A stretch of 64,000 nt of DNA from Hemiscyllium ocellatum (taxonomy: Eukaryota), in contig NC_083417.1 of the NCBI RefSeq assembly GCF_020745735.1, forward strand, positions 63,550,001 to 63,614,000, in the 5' to 3' direction. This document shows positions 10,420-22,800 of the stretch, one piece after another. Position numbers and translations under genes: made by a program. The notes under the pieces are model-generated. The model saw only the letters and a list, made by a program, of their open reading frames with translations, was not told where the DNA came from and made no database searches. The number at the start of each line of letters is the position of its first letter. Positions within the stretch are counted from its first letter, which is position 1.

Positions 10420-10600
10420 TACATTGAGATGCAAAGATGTGAAGGTCGGGTGGATAGACCATGTTAAAGGGATGTGCAGATTAAACGGATCCTCCACGGT
10501 GATAGGGTGGCGCTCTGGGTTTGGGTGGGATGCTCTTCCGAGGGTCGGTATAGACTCCATGGGCCGAGTGGCCGCGCTCCATACTGTAGCGATTCTATAA
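10420..10600 (+). mobile_element. V-SINE 3' fragment
   Basis: GCAAAGATGTG..GGTCGG..GGGTGGGATGCTCTTCCGAGGGTCGGTATAGACTCCATGGGCCGAGTGG matches the 3' half of the SINEs at 4038 and 17372. Confidence 0.65.
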
Positions 10601-11082
10601 CTCAGTGTTTGATTGACCACCCGGTGTGCAGTAGGCTATTGTATCCGGGACAATGGGACCGCAGCTTTCCCCGACGTTACTCAGTGGCCGCGGGAAGTCG
10701 GTGCTGCAGTGCTGAAAATTCACAGCGCAAAGCTGAACTCTGGCAAATCAGGGTGAGGCGTGAACCAATTCCTGGCTAAGGAAGCCTTCGCCTTATCCAT
10801 GAGCCCATTGCGGCCACCGAAAAACTGAACTTTCGGCAATTGTCAGCAGGGTTCAACAAGTGACCGCACTTCTCTGTTTTAATTGCTGTTTCGAAATCTT
10901 TTACTGCATTAAATCAAATGCATTTTCAAAATGTACATTGCATAGTCTCCTCTTTGTTAGATTTCGCATCACTATCTGAGTATCGCATTATCATTCACCT
11001 TCCATCCAGTGAAATCGCGAATTTATTCTCTAATATCCTCTACAAGGGAATAAAATCTGCGAGTTTCGGATACGGTTCAGTC

Positions 11083-11124
11083 TTTTCACTGGGAATTCCT
11101 TGCCGGGGATTTCCGAAATGAAAA
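11083..11124. promoter_or_regulatory. Tandem NF-kB sites flanked by IRF-type half sites (putative intron 2 enhancer)
   Basis: TTTTCACT-GGGAATTCCT (11091-11100)-TGCC-GGGGATTTCC (11105-11114, perfect GGGRNWYYCC)-GAAATGAAAA. Confidence 0.5.
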
Positions 11125-11718
11125 TCCTGGACTTGCCAATACCAAAGCTAGATGTCTGCGGGTTGGAATTTAAAAAAAACTTTTGCTGGCCAATTTCAAT
11201 CATTGGTGCAAGGAAAGTTGCAACATTTTCTGCAGATTGGGGTTTGGATATATTTGCCCTAGTTGAGTTACACTGTGCTGCATCTTAACTCGTCTGCATG
11301 AGATGGTGAAAAATTCACAGCTTTTGTCCAAATCCTATTGTTAGCGGCACTGTGAGGCCGTTATCTAAACGAGTTCGGGGTTAAAAATATCTGAATAATA
11401 TGGCGCGGGAAGGTAATGATACCGGAGAGAGGTTTTATTCTCGTGACCGTCGAAACCAGTTGAGATTTTCTTTTTTTCTGGTTGGGTATGTGGAGCGAAA
11501 TGATTGGTTTCTTTTTGAACGAGTTATTGCAGCTGGTCAACGAGGTTATTCTCACGAACTCAATGTAAACGCACTCGGGAATCGGAAGGAGTTTCAAATT
11601 AACTGCAACCAGATTGTGGTATTCCTCCGACCTTAGTCATCATTGCTCGACTGTCGAACATCAGGCACCGACTATATGGATTGTATCTGTCGCGCATCTG
11701 TTTTGATTTCATTTCTTT

Positions 11719-12162
11719 TTAACCGAGCTTTGTAACTTGGCGCAGGATCCCAGCTTGGCCCATTTTACACAAAGGCTTAGAATTCAGATACTGTTCGTAC
11801 AGAAAATATGTAATAGTGATTGTGTGTCCACTTTGCATCTCTACCAGATTGTATTATCATTGAGATTAATTATCCTTTTAACACAACTGTTTTGCACCAA
11901 TTCAGAATCTCTTGCAACGAACGGTCCTTGTTGCAGTTTCTTTAATAATTCGCTGTAACAGTTGAGCGCCGCCGGAGGACATTCTGAACTGGTGCAATTT
12001 TCTGAAACGGATAATCTCAATTATAATACATCTTGGCAGAGATGCAAAGTGCGCACACAGAATCTCTATTGTACTTTGGCTGTACCTACAGTAACTGAAC
12101 GGTTATCCTGTGTGTAAAATGGACCATGAAGGATCCTGCGCCAAATTACAAATCTCGGTTAA
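11719..12162. mobile_element. TTAA-flanked MITE with about 190-bp terminal inverted repeats (piggyBac-like)
   Basis: TTAA|CCGAGCTTTGTAACTTGGCGCAGGATCC... at the left is mirrored by ...GGATCCTGCGCCAAATTACAAATCTCGG|TTAA at the right. The arms align by eye over 11719-11912 and 11977-12162. Confidence 0.75.
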
Positions 12163-12164
12163 GA

Positions 12165-12430
12165 TGAGAAAGGAAAGATTTAAAAGGGACGTAATGGGGA
12201 TACGTTTTAACGTAGAGGCTTGGTGGTTTGTGGAATGAGCTGCCAGAGGAAGTGGTGGAGGCGGGTACAATTAGAACATCTAACGATCACCTGAATAGGT
12301 ATATGAATAGGAAGGGTTTAGGGGGATATAGACCAAATGCTGGCAAATGGGACTAGATTAATTTAGGACATCTGGTCGGCATGGACCAATTGGACCGAAG
12401 GGATTGTTTCCATGCTGTAAATCTGTATGA
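12165..12430 (+). mobile_element. CR1/HER1 LINE 3' end
   Basis: GGAAAGATTTAAAAGGGAC...GGAATGAGCTGCCAGAGGAAGTGGTGGAGGC...GGACCGAAGGG 3'-end sequence. Confidence 0.8.
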
Positions 12431-13371
12431 CACTGTGACTATCCAAATAACTGTATTAAAATGATCAAATTAAGAAACACTGAAACTCCAGGATTATAAA
12501 TGAGATCATTCCCTCCCCAAAACACAAAGCTGCGGCTGTTAATCGGGAGTGATTGAGAGTGGGTGAACCGCCCCTTGGGAAAAAGGTTATGAACTGCTTC
12601 GCTCGTGGAGAATGGTCACTGGACTCGAAACGTTAAGTGTATTTTCTCTCCACAGATGTTGTCAGTCCTGCTGAGTTTCGCCAGCAATGTTTCCTTTTGT
12701 TTCAGATCTTCATCCGCAGTTCTTTGTTTTATTTATTTGAAAGGCTTGTTCGCCACGTCTGAGCGTGTCTGTCTATGGTTTAAGTGAAACGCCGATTGGT
12801 GTCAAATCTAGATAACAAATACTTCGAATCCCTGAAAAGCCAGAGATCATGACTGTCAAAATAGAATATTTAGTATCTAAGTGGTATAAACGTTTAACCA
12901 TTCAGCTTTGTGTCAAATGTACGTTCCTCCCAAATTGTTAACAATTCAGAGGGTTCATCCCCAGCCGCTCGCTTAACCTTCGCGTTTCAAAGCTTGACCC
13001 AACTCCGGAGGAAGAATTCAGATGAGAAGATAATAATAGAGTAAGAAAACTCAAGGTTTGATTTTGAGACCTTGGAGCTTTAAACGTTGTTCGTATCAGC
13101 GGTCAGACCAGATATTTAATTTGTGATCCACGCTGTTTCCTATAATTTATTATCTAAGCTAACAACCAGCTATTTTTTTTTAAAAAAGGAAGTTTGCTTT
13201 CATTATGAGCTGTAACATTGGTTTGGCTTAATATGCGATCACGTAACCAGCCCCAAATCCACCCTCCATTATAAATGTGGGATGTGATGAGTTTGATCCG
13301 GTTTTTAAGTTTTATCGGCAGGTTCAAAATGTAGTGTCTTCAATTGACGGACTCAATATTCAACCCAGTCA

Positions 13372-13550
13372 TAGAGTAATAGAGTCATAGAGATGTACTG
13401 CATGGAAACAGATCCTTCGGTCCAACTCGTCCATGTCGACAGAATATCCTAACCTAATCTAGTCCCATTTGGTCAATATCCCTCTCAACACTTTCTATTC
13501 ATTTACTTATCCAGATGCCTATTAAATGTTACTTTTAGTCTCTATGTCAT
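13372..13550 (-). mobile_element. CR1/HER1 LINE 3' end
   Basis: Reverse complement of the 3' UTR with a GTCATAGAG tail repeat. Confidence 0.75.
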
Positions 13551-13689
13551 GGCTGCAAGTTAGTGTTGAAGTGAATAGTGTTTTACGTTACTGAAAGTGA
13601 ATTATTTATAGAAAAGAGATTTCGTAGATAGAACGGTGAAAATGCTCACTTAGGCGATAAAATAAAGACTCAAAAGTTGATAAGGACTA

Positions 13690-14370
13690 CCAAATAGAAG
13701 CTGGCTGGAAGCCCTTGATGCTTCCACCCCACTCTACGATTCAACAAGATCCTGCCTGATCTACACCAAAGACACCTTCATACAAAATCCGATTATCCCT
13801 CAGGCCTTGACCCAATAACCATTTATTCCCTTGGTACCCTGGGGTTATTGAGCTCAATCTCAACTACATTCAACCACCGGGCATCCACTGTCTTTAGGAA
13901 AGTGGCTGACCTTTTTTCAGACATCAGCGGGGATATATGCTTTCTACCTTTAAAATATTTTGCATGTTTCAATTAGATCAACTCTCAGTCTTCCCAATTC
14001 TGGGCATTCTACTCAATGTCTTCAAATGACAATTCCCTTCTTCTGTTGTAAACCTTAGTGTCCTTATTTAAGTAAAAGTCCAAAACTACACACAAAACTT
14101 CAGTCTAGAGGAATAACTACCATGGGAATAACTTTATACTACACATTGTCTTTCACTTGCTATAATCTTGCTCACTCACCTAACTTGTCCATCTTTTCTT
14201 TCACAACTTTCTTGTGTTCTCTTCCCTGCTCAATTCCCCATCTAGCCTTTTTATCATCATCAAACTTGGACACTTTATATTCAATCGCCTCATCTAAATA
14301 ACTAATATACATCCTTAATAGCTGAGGATCAAGTTTTGATCCTTGTGGAAACCTCTTCGTGACAGCCTGC
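13690..14370 (-). mobile_element. Degraded CR1 LINE fragment
   Basis: ORF 14172..14378 QAVTKRFPQGSKLDPQLL..YISYLDE..KVSKFDDD corresponds to RT motifs (PQGSVLGP, KFADD). Confidence 0.7.
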
Positions 14371-14384
14371 CAAATCAAAAATCA

Positions 14385-14725
14385 TAGAATCCCTACAGTG
14401 TGGAAACAGGTCATTCAGCCCAACAAGTCCACACCGATCCTCCTAACAGCATTGCACACAGACCCATCCCCCTACCCTATAACCTTGCATTTCCTATGGC
14501 TAATGTATCTAATCTGCACATTCCTGAACACTATGGGCAACTTAGCCTGGCCAATACACCCAAGCCGCACATCATTGGCCTGTGGGAGGAAACCAGAGCG
14601 TCCAACAGAAACCCACACAGACACAGGGTGAATGTGCAAACTACACACAGACAGTCACCCAACTTTGGAATTGAACCTCGGTCCCTGGCACTGTGAGGCA
14701 GCAGTGCTAAAAACTGAGCCACAAT
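14385..14725 (-). mobile_element. V-SINE (HE1 type)
   Basis: Reverse-complement head at 14690-14725, V-domain core and tail. Confidence 0.85.
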
Positions 14726-16044
14726 GCTACCCTTTTTCCTAATACGTTTTCTTTCCATCATTCAATTCTCAATCCATGCTCAAAAATGACACCAAACCTT
14801 ATAAGTATTAAGTTAGTTTAATAACCTGCATACCACATTTATTGAGTACATCTTGGAAATCTCAAAACAAAAACCAACCAACAACTAGAACAATCTTCCT
14901 GGTTATATCCTCAAAAAGATCTTAACAGAAGCCATTCCCTGCCATTCTATGTCAACTATGCTGAATCATATGATTTTCTAAGAGCTCTATTATCCTTTCT
15001 CTAATAATAGCATCTAGCATTTTACCTAGGGATATTCAATTATTTGGCCCTTAGCCCCTTTGTTTTATCCCTTGCCTCTTTCTTAAGTAATCAAGTTTAT
15101 GTCAGCTGCCTACTGAATCCTGTGAACTATATTTAATTTAAGAATTCTGTAAGAAAAAAGTAATGCATCTATGTGTGCTGCTACCTCTTTTAAAACTGTC
15201 TGATGCAGACTTTCAGGAACAGGGGATTAATGATCTCTTAGTCCCAATAGGTTTTGTACTTATATTGATTTCTTTTCATTTCCTAATTTTCACAAGACAT
15301 TTGGTTGCCCATTTTTGCAGCTTTATTTTTGGCTGATGCTGTGGAGAAAATGCATTGTATCTGTTTCATGCCTCTGTCATTTCCTCATTCCACATTTTAC
15401 TTCCATTTGTTTCTGCTTCCAGTAGGTCTACATTGACATTTTCTGATTCCATTCTAGAAGTCTTGTGGTGCAATGGCAGCTTCCTTGACTCTGGGACAGA
15501 TTCTTCTGGTTCAATTTGCACTCCATGTCTTGATGGCAAGCAAGGTGCATTCGTAAGATAGCTAAGTGTATGAGCATCAACTTGTACATCCTTTCAGCAC
15601 ATGCTAATGAGATGCAGTAACAGCAAGAGAGATCCCTGTTCAGCTGTCTGATCACACATCCATGTGAAGGAGAGAAACCTGGAACCTCCTCCATAGTTCT
15701 GTGCATGTTGCCACAGCAACTTAGCCTCCTTGTGGAATGGTTGGTTCAGTTGGCTGTTGATCTATCTGATGCCAATAGCTTTGTGTCAATTGAAATTATG
15801 TCTAGACTGGATTCAGAATCACCCTTCTTGTCATATTCATGATGGAAGTCATACTGCTGTGTATCAGACCTGTCTTCAAGTAGAAAATGCAAGAAGTAAC
15901 ACCTCTTTCTATCAACTTTCTACAGAAGCATTCTCAATCTTTTTTTAAAAAATGTATCTAGCAAGTATACTGGGATTCTTTGACCGAATCAATTTCTTTA
16001 TATCCTTATAATATCTTTCCAACTTTCACGTCTGCTGCTTATTT

Positions 16045-16700
16045 TAATGCTGGGCCAGCATTTACTGCCCACCCCTTGAGAAGGTGGTGGTGAGTCGCCT
16101 TCATCGACCATAGCAGTCCATTGGCATGAGTACACCCAAAATGCCACTGGGAGGGGGTTTCATGATTTTAATCCAGCAACACTGAATGAATTGCAATATA
16201 TTTCACCAATGGATGGTGAATGGTTTGGAGTGGAATTTGCAAGTAATCTTGTTCCCATTTATTGCTACAATTGTACTTTCAGATGATAGTGGTCACGGGT
16301 TTAGAAGGTGCTATCTAAGGACCTTTGGCAATTTGTTGCAATGCATCTGGTAGATGGTACACATTTACACTACTTAGCATTTGTTATGGAGTGAGTGAAT
16401 ATTTGTGAATGTTGTGCCAATCAAGAGGAGTGCTTGGTTTTGAATGGTGTCAAAACTCTTCAGTGTTGTTGGTGCTGAAGTCATTCAGGATGATGGGATG
16501 TATTGAACCACACTCCTGACTTGTGCCTTGTCGATAGTGGGCAAGATTTGAGGAGTGAGGAAGTGAGTTACTTGGTGTAGTATGCACAGCCACTGGCATT
16601 TATATGGCTCCCCTGAGCAACTCGTGCCGTGTGTCCTGGAGCTGAGATGACTGATTTTCAACAAGCAGCACCATCTTCCTTTATGTTAGGTCTGACTCCA
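16045..16700 (-). mobile_element. LINE fragment of a second (CR1/L2-clade) family
   Basis: Begins with the reverse complement of the ...CACCACCACCTTCTCAAGGG... 3' end; homologous to 17810-18350, 29500-30200 and 55905-56995. Confidence 0.6.
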
Positions 16701-16779
16701 ACTAGTGGCAACTTTTCCACTAAGTCCCTTTGATTTGCATATTGTTAGGGTTCCGCGATGCAAAACGGAGTCTAACATG

Positions 16780-17020
16780 GAGCAAAAGCAGAAATTGCTG
16801 GAAAAGCTTAGCAGATCTGACAGCATCTGTGGAGAGAAATCACAATTAATGTTTCGCGTCGAGTGACGCTTCATTGGATTGCTCTGTTCATGTTCTGAAG
16901 AAGGATCACTTGACGCAAATGTTAACTTTGATTTCTCTCCACAGATGCTACCAGACTTGCTGATCTTTTCTACAATTTGCATTTCGTCTCTTATTTACAG
17001 CATCCACAGTTTTTCCAGTT
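16780..17020. mobile_element. Penelope pLTR-derived short palindromic element
   Basis: GAAATTGCTGGAAAAGCTTAGCAGATCTGACAGCATCTGTGGAGAGAAATC is mirrored by GATTTCTCTCCACAGATGCTACCAGACTTGCTG; the hammerhead core is degenerate. Confidence 0.7.
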
Positions 17021-17371
17021 TTTATTGAGTCTAATCTGGCCTTGTTGTAAAGAGCAATCACTCTTTACAACTCTGGAATTCAGCTTTTTTGTCTATACTT
17101 GAACTAGGGCTGTAATGCTCGTGTTGAAGCTGTACTGAATCAGACTGGCATTTCCAGTGTCATAACATTTAGTGTAGCTTCCAAAATTGACAGTAGTTTA
17201 GCTTAAGATTCATTTTGGATTTAACTTTCATCAAGATAAAATTGATCACTTTATGGTCGCTCTTTTCTGAAGGTTTCTTTGTTGCAAATTTATTATTTAA
17301 CTGTCCCATTTCACAATATTGCATTAAGAACAGCCTGTTGTCCAGTTGATTCATTTAGGTTAATGGAACAG

Positions 17372-17685
17372 GATTAGATTAGATTACTTACAGTGTGGAA
17401 ACAGGTCCTTCGGCCCAACAAGTCCACACTGACCTGCCGAAGCGCAACCCACCCATACCCCTACATTTACCCCTTACCTAACACTACGGGCAATTTAGCA
17501 TGGCCAATTCACTTGACCTGCACATCTTTGGACTGTGGGAGGAAACCGGAGCACCCGGAGGAAACCCACGCAGACACGGGGAGAACGTGCAAACTCCACA
17601 CAGTCAGTCGCCTGAGTCGGGAATTGAACCCGGGCCTCAGGTGCTGTGGGACAGCAGTGCTAACTGCTGTGTCACCGTGCCGCCC
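17372..17685 (-). mobile_element. V-SINE (HE1 type), near-intact copy
   Basis: Nearly identical in reverse complement to 4038-4345; (AATCT)n tail. Confidence 0.92.
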
Positions 17686-17809
17686 TATGGAAATTTTCCA
17701 ATTTGGGCACCCAGTGTGAAGATCAAACAGTCCCACATCAGTGTCCACTACAAAAAATTGAAATTTCAAATTCAAATGCCATCTTTCATCATGCTTTCAG
17801 GTTATTTAT

Positions 17810-18350
17810 TCCTAGTTTAGTGAGCAGGTCAGAGTCTAGGAATTCTGCACAGAATAATTCATCCCCTGCCTTTTCAAAGTCAGATCTGTGATGGAATACT
17901 CCCCACCTACCTAAATGAGTGCAATTCCAACCACACTCTAGAAACTTGATACCATCCAGGGCAAAGCAACCTGCATGAGTCGCACCACATCCACAAGCAT
18001 TCAGAGACTCCACACAATGCTCACTCTATAATATGTTCAAGATGCACAGCATAAATTTGTCAAAGATCCTTTGGTAGCATTTTCTAAATCCATTTGCACC
18101 ACTATCTGCAAAGGCAATGGAACAATTCTACCTGCAAGTTTCTACCTAAGCCAACCACCATCCAGGCTTGGAAATATATCACTGTTCTTTCTCTGCCACT
18201 AGGGCAAAATCTGAAATTCTTTCTCTAAAATTATAGGCCCACTTACACCTCATGAACTACAATAGTTCAAGAAGGCAGCTCATCGCCACCTTCTCAAAGA
18301 CAACTAAGGACAGCCACTAAGAGATGGCCAGCCAGCAATGCTTACGTTCA
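17810..18350 (+). mobile_element. LINE 3' fragment (CR1/L2-clade family)
   Basis: GATGGAATACTCCCCAC...GATACCATCCAGGGCAAAGC...GTTCAAGAAGGCAGCTCATCGCCACCTTCTCAAAG 3' end. Confidence 0.6.
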
Positions 18351-19368
18351 AACAACTAAAAAGAAATACAAACATGCACATGTTCTGGTTTACCTAAATG
18401 AGCTGTTCTTGTACTGGAGCCTGCTGTGTTGGTTTTTCTATTGGGACCTTTTCTATAGTAATATATGCCAGATTTTTGAAATTAGTAATGATTATTTTTT
18501 GTTGAAACATATTCCAGGTGGAAAATGCTAGAATTATTCTTTTTTTTAATTCTAGAAAATTCAGCAATATAAAATAGAATAATACAATGGTAATAGAATA
18601 ATAGATGGCTATTCATCTTGATGTCAGTGCCACCTCTCTGCAATAGAAATTCTCACTACCCTCCCCTGTCAGACCTGCAATGCTTTTGTTTCTACAAATT
18701 GAAACAAACTAAATTATATACTCCATGCAATAACATTGTGATTATCGTTCTCCCTTTTCAGTTAAGAAATGATTGTGCTAAAGTAACCTGTCAGTTAGCC
18801 TGAAGAATGGTTTTCACAAAACACTTCAAATAAATTCAATTATATTCTGAGTGGATATTCTCTGTGAACATTTTCACAGGCACCATTGGATAGTCATTTG
18901 AAACATGACTCATTTAACTTTCCCTACTTAGTCTCAAAGATATTTGTAATCAACCTGTTCAGAGATGTCATGACATAACTCTGGAGAAGGTAGGACTTGA
19001 ACAACGGCCAATTATAATCCTACAAAGTGGCACAAATTAATCCAATGAAGATCAAAGATTGAACCAGCAAATAAATATTCGCTCAGTACATTCTTATATG
19101 ATCCACGTTTTTGTACGCAGTCTTATTACACTGCAGTGTGATGCAAATGCCCCAAGTTTCTATTTAATGTTCTGTCAGAATTTTTGCAACACCCAGGCTC
19201 CGAAAATTAATACAAAATAATTCACAATCATATCAAAAACAGCAGATTCTATGAAGCAATTAATAGATAAAGAACAACTACACTGATGTTAAACAGTGCC
19301 CAAAGAAATGTACACTATATACGCTCTAACTTGGAAATTAAGAAGCCTTTTTTTTAATTGTTCTATAG

Positions 19369-19665
19369 CTTCTCCGCATCCTCTGAAAATTACTACGAAG
19401 TTTTCTGCAAATTACGCTCTAACGTGTATATGTAAAACGTCTGGGTTCTATCCCAAAGATCACACGATTGCCTGGCGTAAAGATGGTCAAAATGTTGTAC
19501 GTGGAACAAAGACATCTGTAGAAAAGAATACTGAAGGATTATTTGAAGTTACCAGTTATTTGGTAGAAACACAGCCGGCTCGTTCTGGAACTGTTTACGT
19601 CTGTGAGGTATCACACTCTACCCTCAAGAATCCAACTTGGGTCAATTACACTGTTAGCATTCCAG
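19369..19665 (+). CDS. Exon 3: C1-set Ig domain
   Basis: Acceptor TTGTTCTATAG| and donor CCAG|GTAAG, phase 1/1. Translation has CKTSGFYP, AWRKDG, GLFEVTSYL and YVCEVSHSTL (C1 hallmarks), plus an NYT sequon. Confidence 0.95.
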
Positions 19666-20061
19666 GTAAGAACAATGCCTATTTAGTTGTGAAATTGAGT
19701 ATGTTGTGGCTTTGCTACATTTGTTAGGGAGCATTTTCACCATAAAGGTCTGAAAGGCAGTGAGTGCAGGGCTGGTGATTTTGAAATATTTGGTGGAATT
19801 GATTGAGCCTGATGAGCTAGTGTGTCAATTGCAACTACTGCCCTCACTGATATGTTTTTTCTACCCATTTTAAAGCTTAATTTTACTCACTATATCTCTG
19901 TTGTGGAATCATCACAAGTGAACTGTAAAATAAATTAAACAGCAGTTTATTGATTACAAAAATGCATTTTGGGGAGAGTACCCTCAGATCATTTCAAAAG
20001 GCACTTCATCATTTCAAAGATTCCCTTGTATGTTTATGGGACATTCTTGGGACATTTCATA

Positions 20062-21050
20062 CAGTCATAGAGTCAGAGAGATGTACAGCATGGAAACAGA
20101 CCCTTCGGTCCAACCTGTCCATGCTGACCAGATATCCCATCCCAATCTTGTCCTACCCGCCAGCACCCGGCCCATATCCCTCCAAACCCTTCCTATTCAT
20201 CTACCCATCCAAATGCCTCTTAAATGTTGCAATTGTTCCAGCTTCCACCACATCCTCCGGCAGCTCATTCCATACACGTACCACCCTCTGCATGAAAAAG
20301 TTGCCCCTTAGGTCTCTTTTATATCTTTCCCCTCTCACCATAAACCTATGCCCTCTAGTTCTGCACTCCCTGACCCCAGGGAAAAGATTTTGTCTATTTA
20401 TCCTATCCATGCCCCTCATAATTTTGTAAACCTTTATAAAGTCACCCTTCAGCCTCCCACGCTCCAGGGAAAACAGCCCCAGCCTGTTCAGCCTCTCCCA
20501 GTAGCTCAAATCCTCCAACCCTGGCAACATCTTTGTAAATATTTCCTGCACCCTTTCAAGTTTCACAACATCTTTCCGATAGGAAGGAGACCAGAATTGC
20601 ACACAATATTCCAACAGTGGCCTAACCAAAGTCCTGTACAGCTGCAACATGACCTCCCAACTCCTGTATTCAATATTCTGACCAATAAAGGAAAACATAC
20701 CAAACACCTTCTTCACTATCCTATCTACCTATGACTCCACTTCCAAGGAGCTATGAACCTGCACTCCAAGGGCTCTTTGTTCAGCAACATTCCCTAGGAC
20801 CTTATACACTTAATGGTAAGGCCTGCTAAGATTTGCTTTCCAAAATGCAGCACCTCGCATTTATCTGAAATAAATTCCATCTTCCACTTCTCAGCCCATT
20901 AGTCCATCTAATCCAGATCCTGTTGGAATCTAAGGTAACCCTCTTTGCTGTCCACTACACCTCCAATTTTGGTGTCGTTCACAAACTTACTAACTGTACC
21001 TCTTGTCCTCGCATCCAAATCATTTATGTAAATGACAAAAAGCAATGTAA
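20062..21050 (-). mobile_element. CR1/HER1 LINE 3' portion, well preserved
   Basis: ORF 20201..20716 LYRTLVRPLLEYCVQFWSPSYRKDVVKLERVQ...LGLFSLE; 3' UTR and tail at 20062-20200. Confidence 0.92.
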
Positions 21051-21379
21051 TAATGTACTTCTATTCATTCATGCAGCACCATACATACGCGGCCCCATTA
21101 CAAACTAAACCCATTGCCTCTATTATATTTCTCCCTCTGACATCCAGAACATTTGATCCACCCCTTTACTGTGATCTTACCAACATTTGATGTAATTCTG
21201 GTTATTTAAAGTGAAGATAATACATCAAAAAGACCAACAAGTTCGTTTGCCAACCTGACCAAGAGAACAAGATGCATACTAACTTTCCTAATCAGCTCCC
21301 TAGCCCATCTCCATAACTCTCTATGGGTTATCAGAAATTTATCACTCTCTATGTACTCAAAGACCAAGCTTCCACAACC

Positions 21380-22800
21380 CTCCTTGACTGAGAATTCCAT
21401 AGATAATCAACTTCTGAGTAAAATAAAGTTTCTCTTCATCTCACAGCTAAGTAGCATTCCCCCTTATTTTTAAATTGTGCCTCCTGATTCTAGACTCCCC
21501 AGCCAGGAGAATCATTTTACCCTTCTCTACCCTGTCTATCTTTTTAAGTATTTTGTAGGTTTCAATTATATCACCTGTCCTTATGTGAAACTGTGAAATA
21601 TATACCCAGTTTGCCCAATCTCTCTTCATAAGACAGTTCAGCTATCCTGGGAACAAGTCTGGTGACTCTTGTTTGTCTTCCCACTTTGGAAATATTATCT
21701 TTGCTGAGATAAGGAGTGGCACGGTAGCTCAGTGGTTCACACTGCTGCCTCACAGTGCTGGGGACCCAGGTTCGATTTCAGCCTTGGGCGACTGTCTGTG
21801 TGGAATTTGCAAATTCTCCCCATGTCTGCATGGGTTACCTCTAAGTGCTCCGGTTTCCTCCCACCATCACAAAGATGTGCAGGTTAGGTGAATTGGCCAT
21901 GCTAAATTGCCAGAATGTTCAGCGATGTGTAGGTTAAGTGCATTAGTGAGGGGTAAATATAGGGTAGGGGAATAGGTCTGGGTTGGTTAATCTTCAGAGT
22001 GCTGTTGTGGGGACGAAGGGCCTATTTCCACACCGTAGGGATTCTAAGTCTTATTCTTAAAAAAAAGGAGACCAAAGCTGCACATGGTTCTTCAGATGTG
22101 GTTTGTTTATAATTAATTAATTCATGGGAAGAGGGTGTCACTGGCTGGACCAGCATTTAGTACTCATCCCTAATTTGAACTACATTCTTACATGATTAAA
22201 GCAAAGATTGACTACCCTACTGCACAAATACTCTTGCAATAAAGGCTAAGGTTCGTTTTGCCTTCCTACAAGCTTATTTGCATGTTAACCTACAGTGGTT
22301 TGATTGATGGCGGATTTATTGATTTATTTACTGTGACACAGTAGAGCTGCACTTCACAGGAGGCTCGAAAGCACTGAGGATGTCACTTAGAAAGGGGACA
22401 AGATATCTGCAAATTAAATTCCCAGCTCGACAAACATACCTATAACTATGACAATGGGCACCCGAGCTGCACACCTTTATACAAACCTTAATAACCCACT
22501 TATTTCTATACTGACCAACACAGAAAATAATCTTAAATCCATGCCAGTGCATTACCTTCTTTACCACGTGCTTTAATTCTTCTAAGTTAATGCCTCTGTG
22601 GGACCTTACCAACAGCCTTCTGAAAATCCTAATGTACTACAAATATTGACTCCCCATTACCAACTTTGCTTCTACGATCCTGAAAAAAAATCAACAAATT
22701 TGTCCATGAAGACTGTGATCAAACACATAATTTTTATTTATGATTCTAGCATTTCCCTGACTACTGATGTAAGGCTGATAGGTCTGCAGTCTAGGCAGAT
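21380..22800 (-). mobile_element. Degraded CR1 LINE interrupted by a SINE
   Basis: ELSYEERLGKLGI and GDIIETYKILK..DRVE..ESRIRRHNLKIRG motifs; continues beyond the SINE at 22080-22800. Confidence 0.7.
21716..22050 (+). mobile_element. V-SINE
   Basis: GTGGCACGGTAGCTCAGTGGTT A-box, GGTTCGATTTC B-box, V-core and tail. Confidence 0.85.

Noticed and set aside
11319-11354. J-type RSS-like AGCTTTTGT...CACTGTG in intron 2
   Set aside because: The spacer is 20 bp (not 12 or 23 plus or minus 1), the nonamer is 7/9, and no J-like coding segment follows.
11400-11636. 78-aa ATG ORF in CpG-rich intron 2
   Set aside because: No recognisable motif or splice context; short ORFs are expected in GC-richer sequence.
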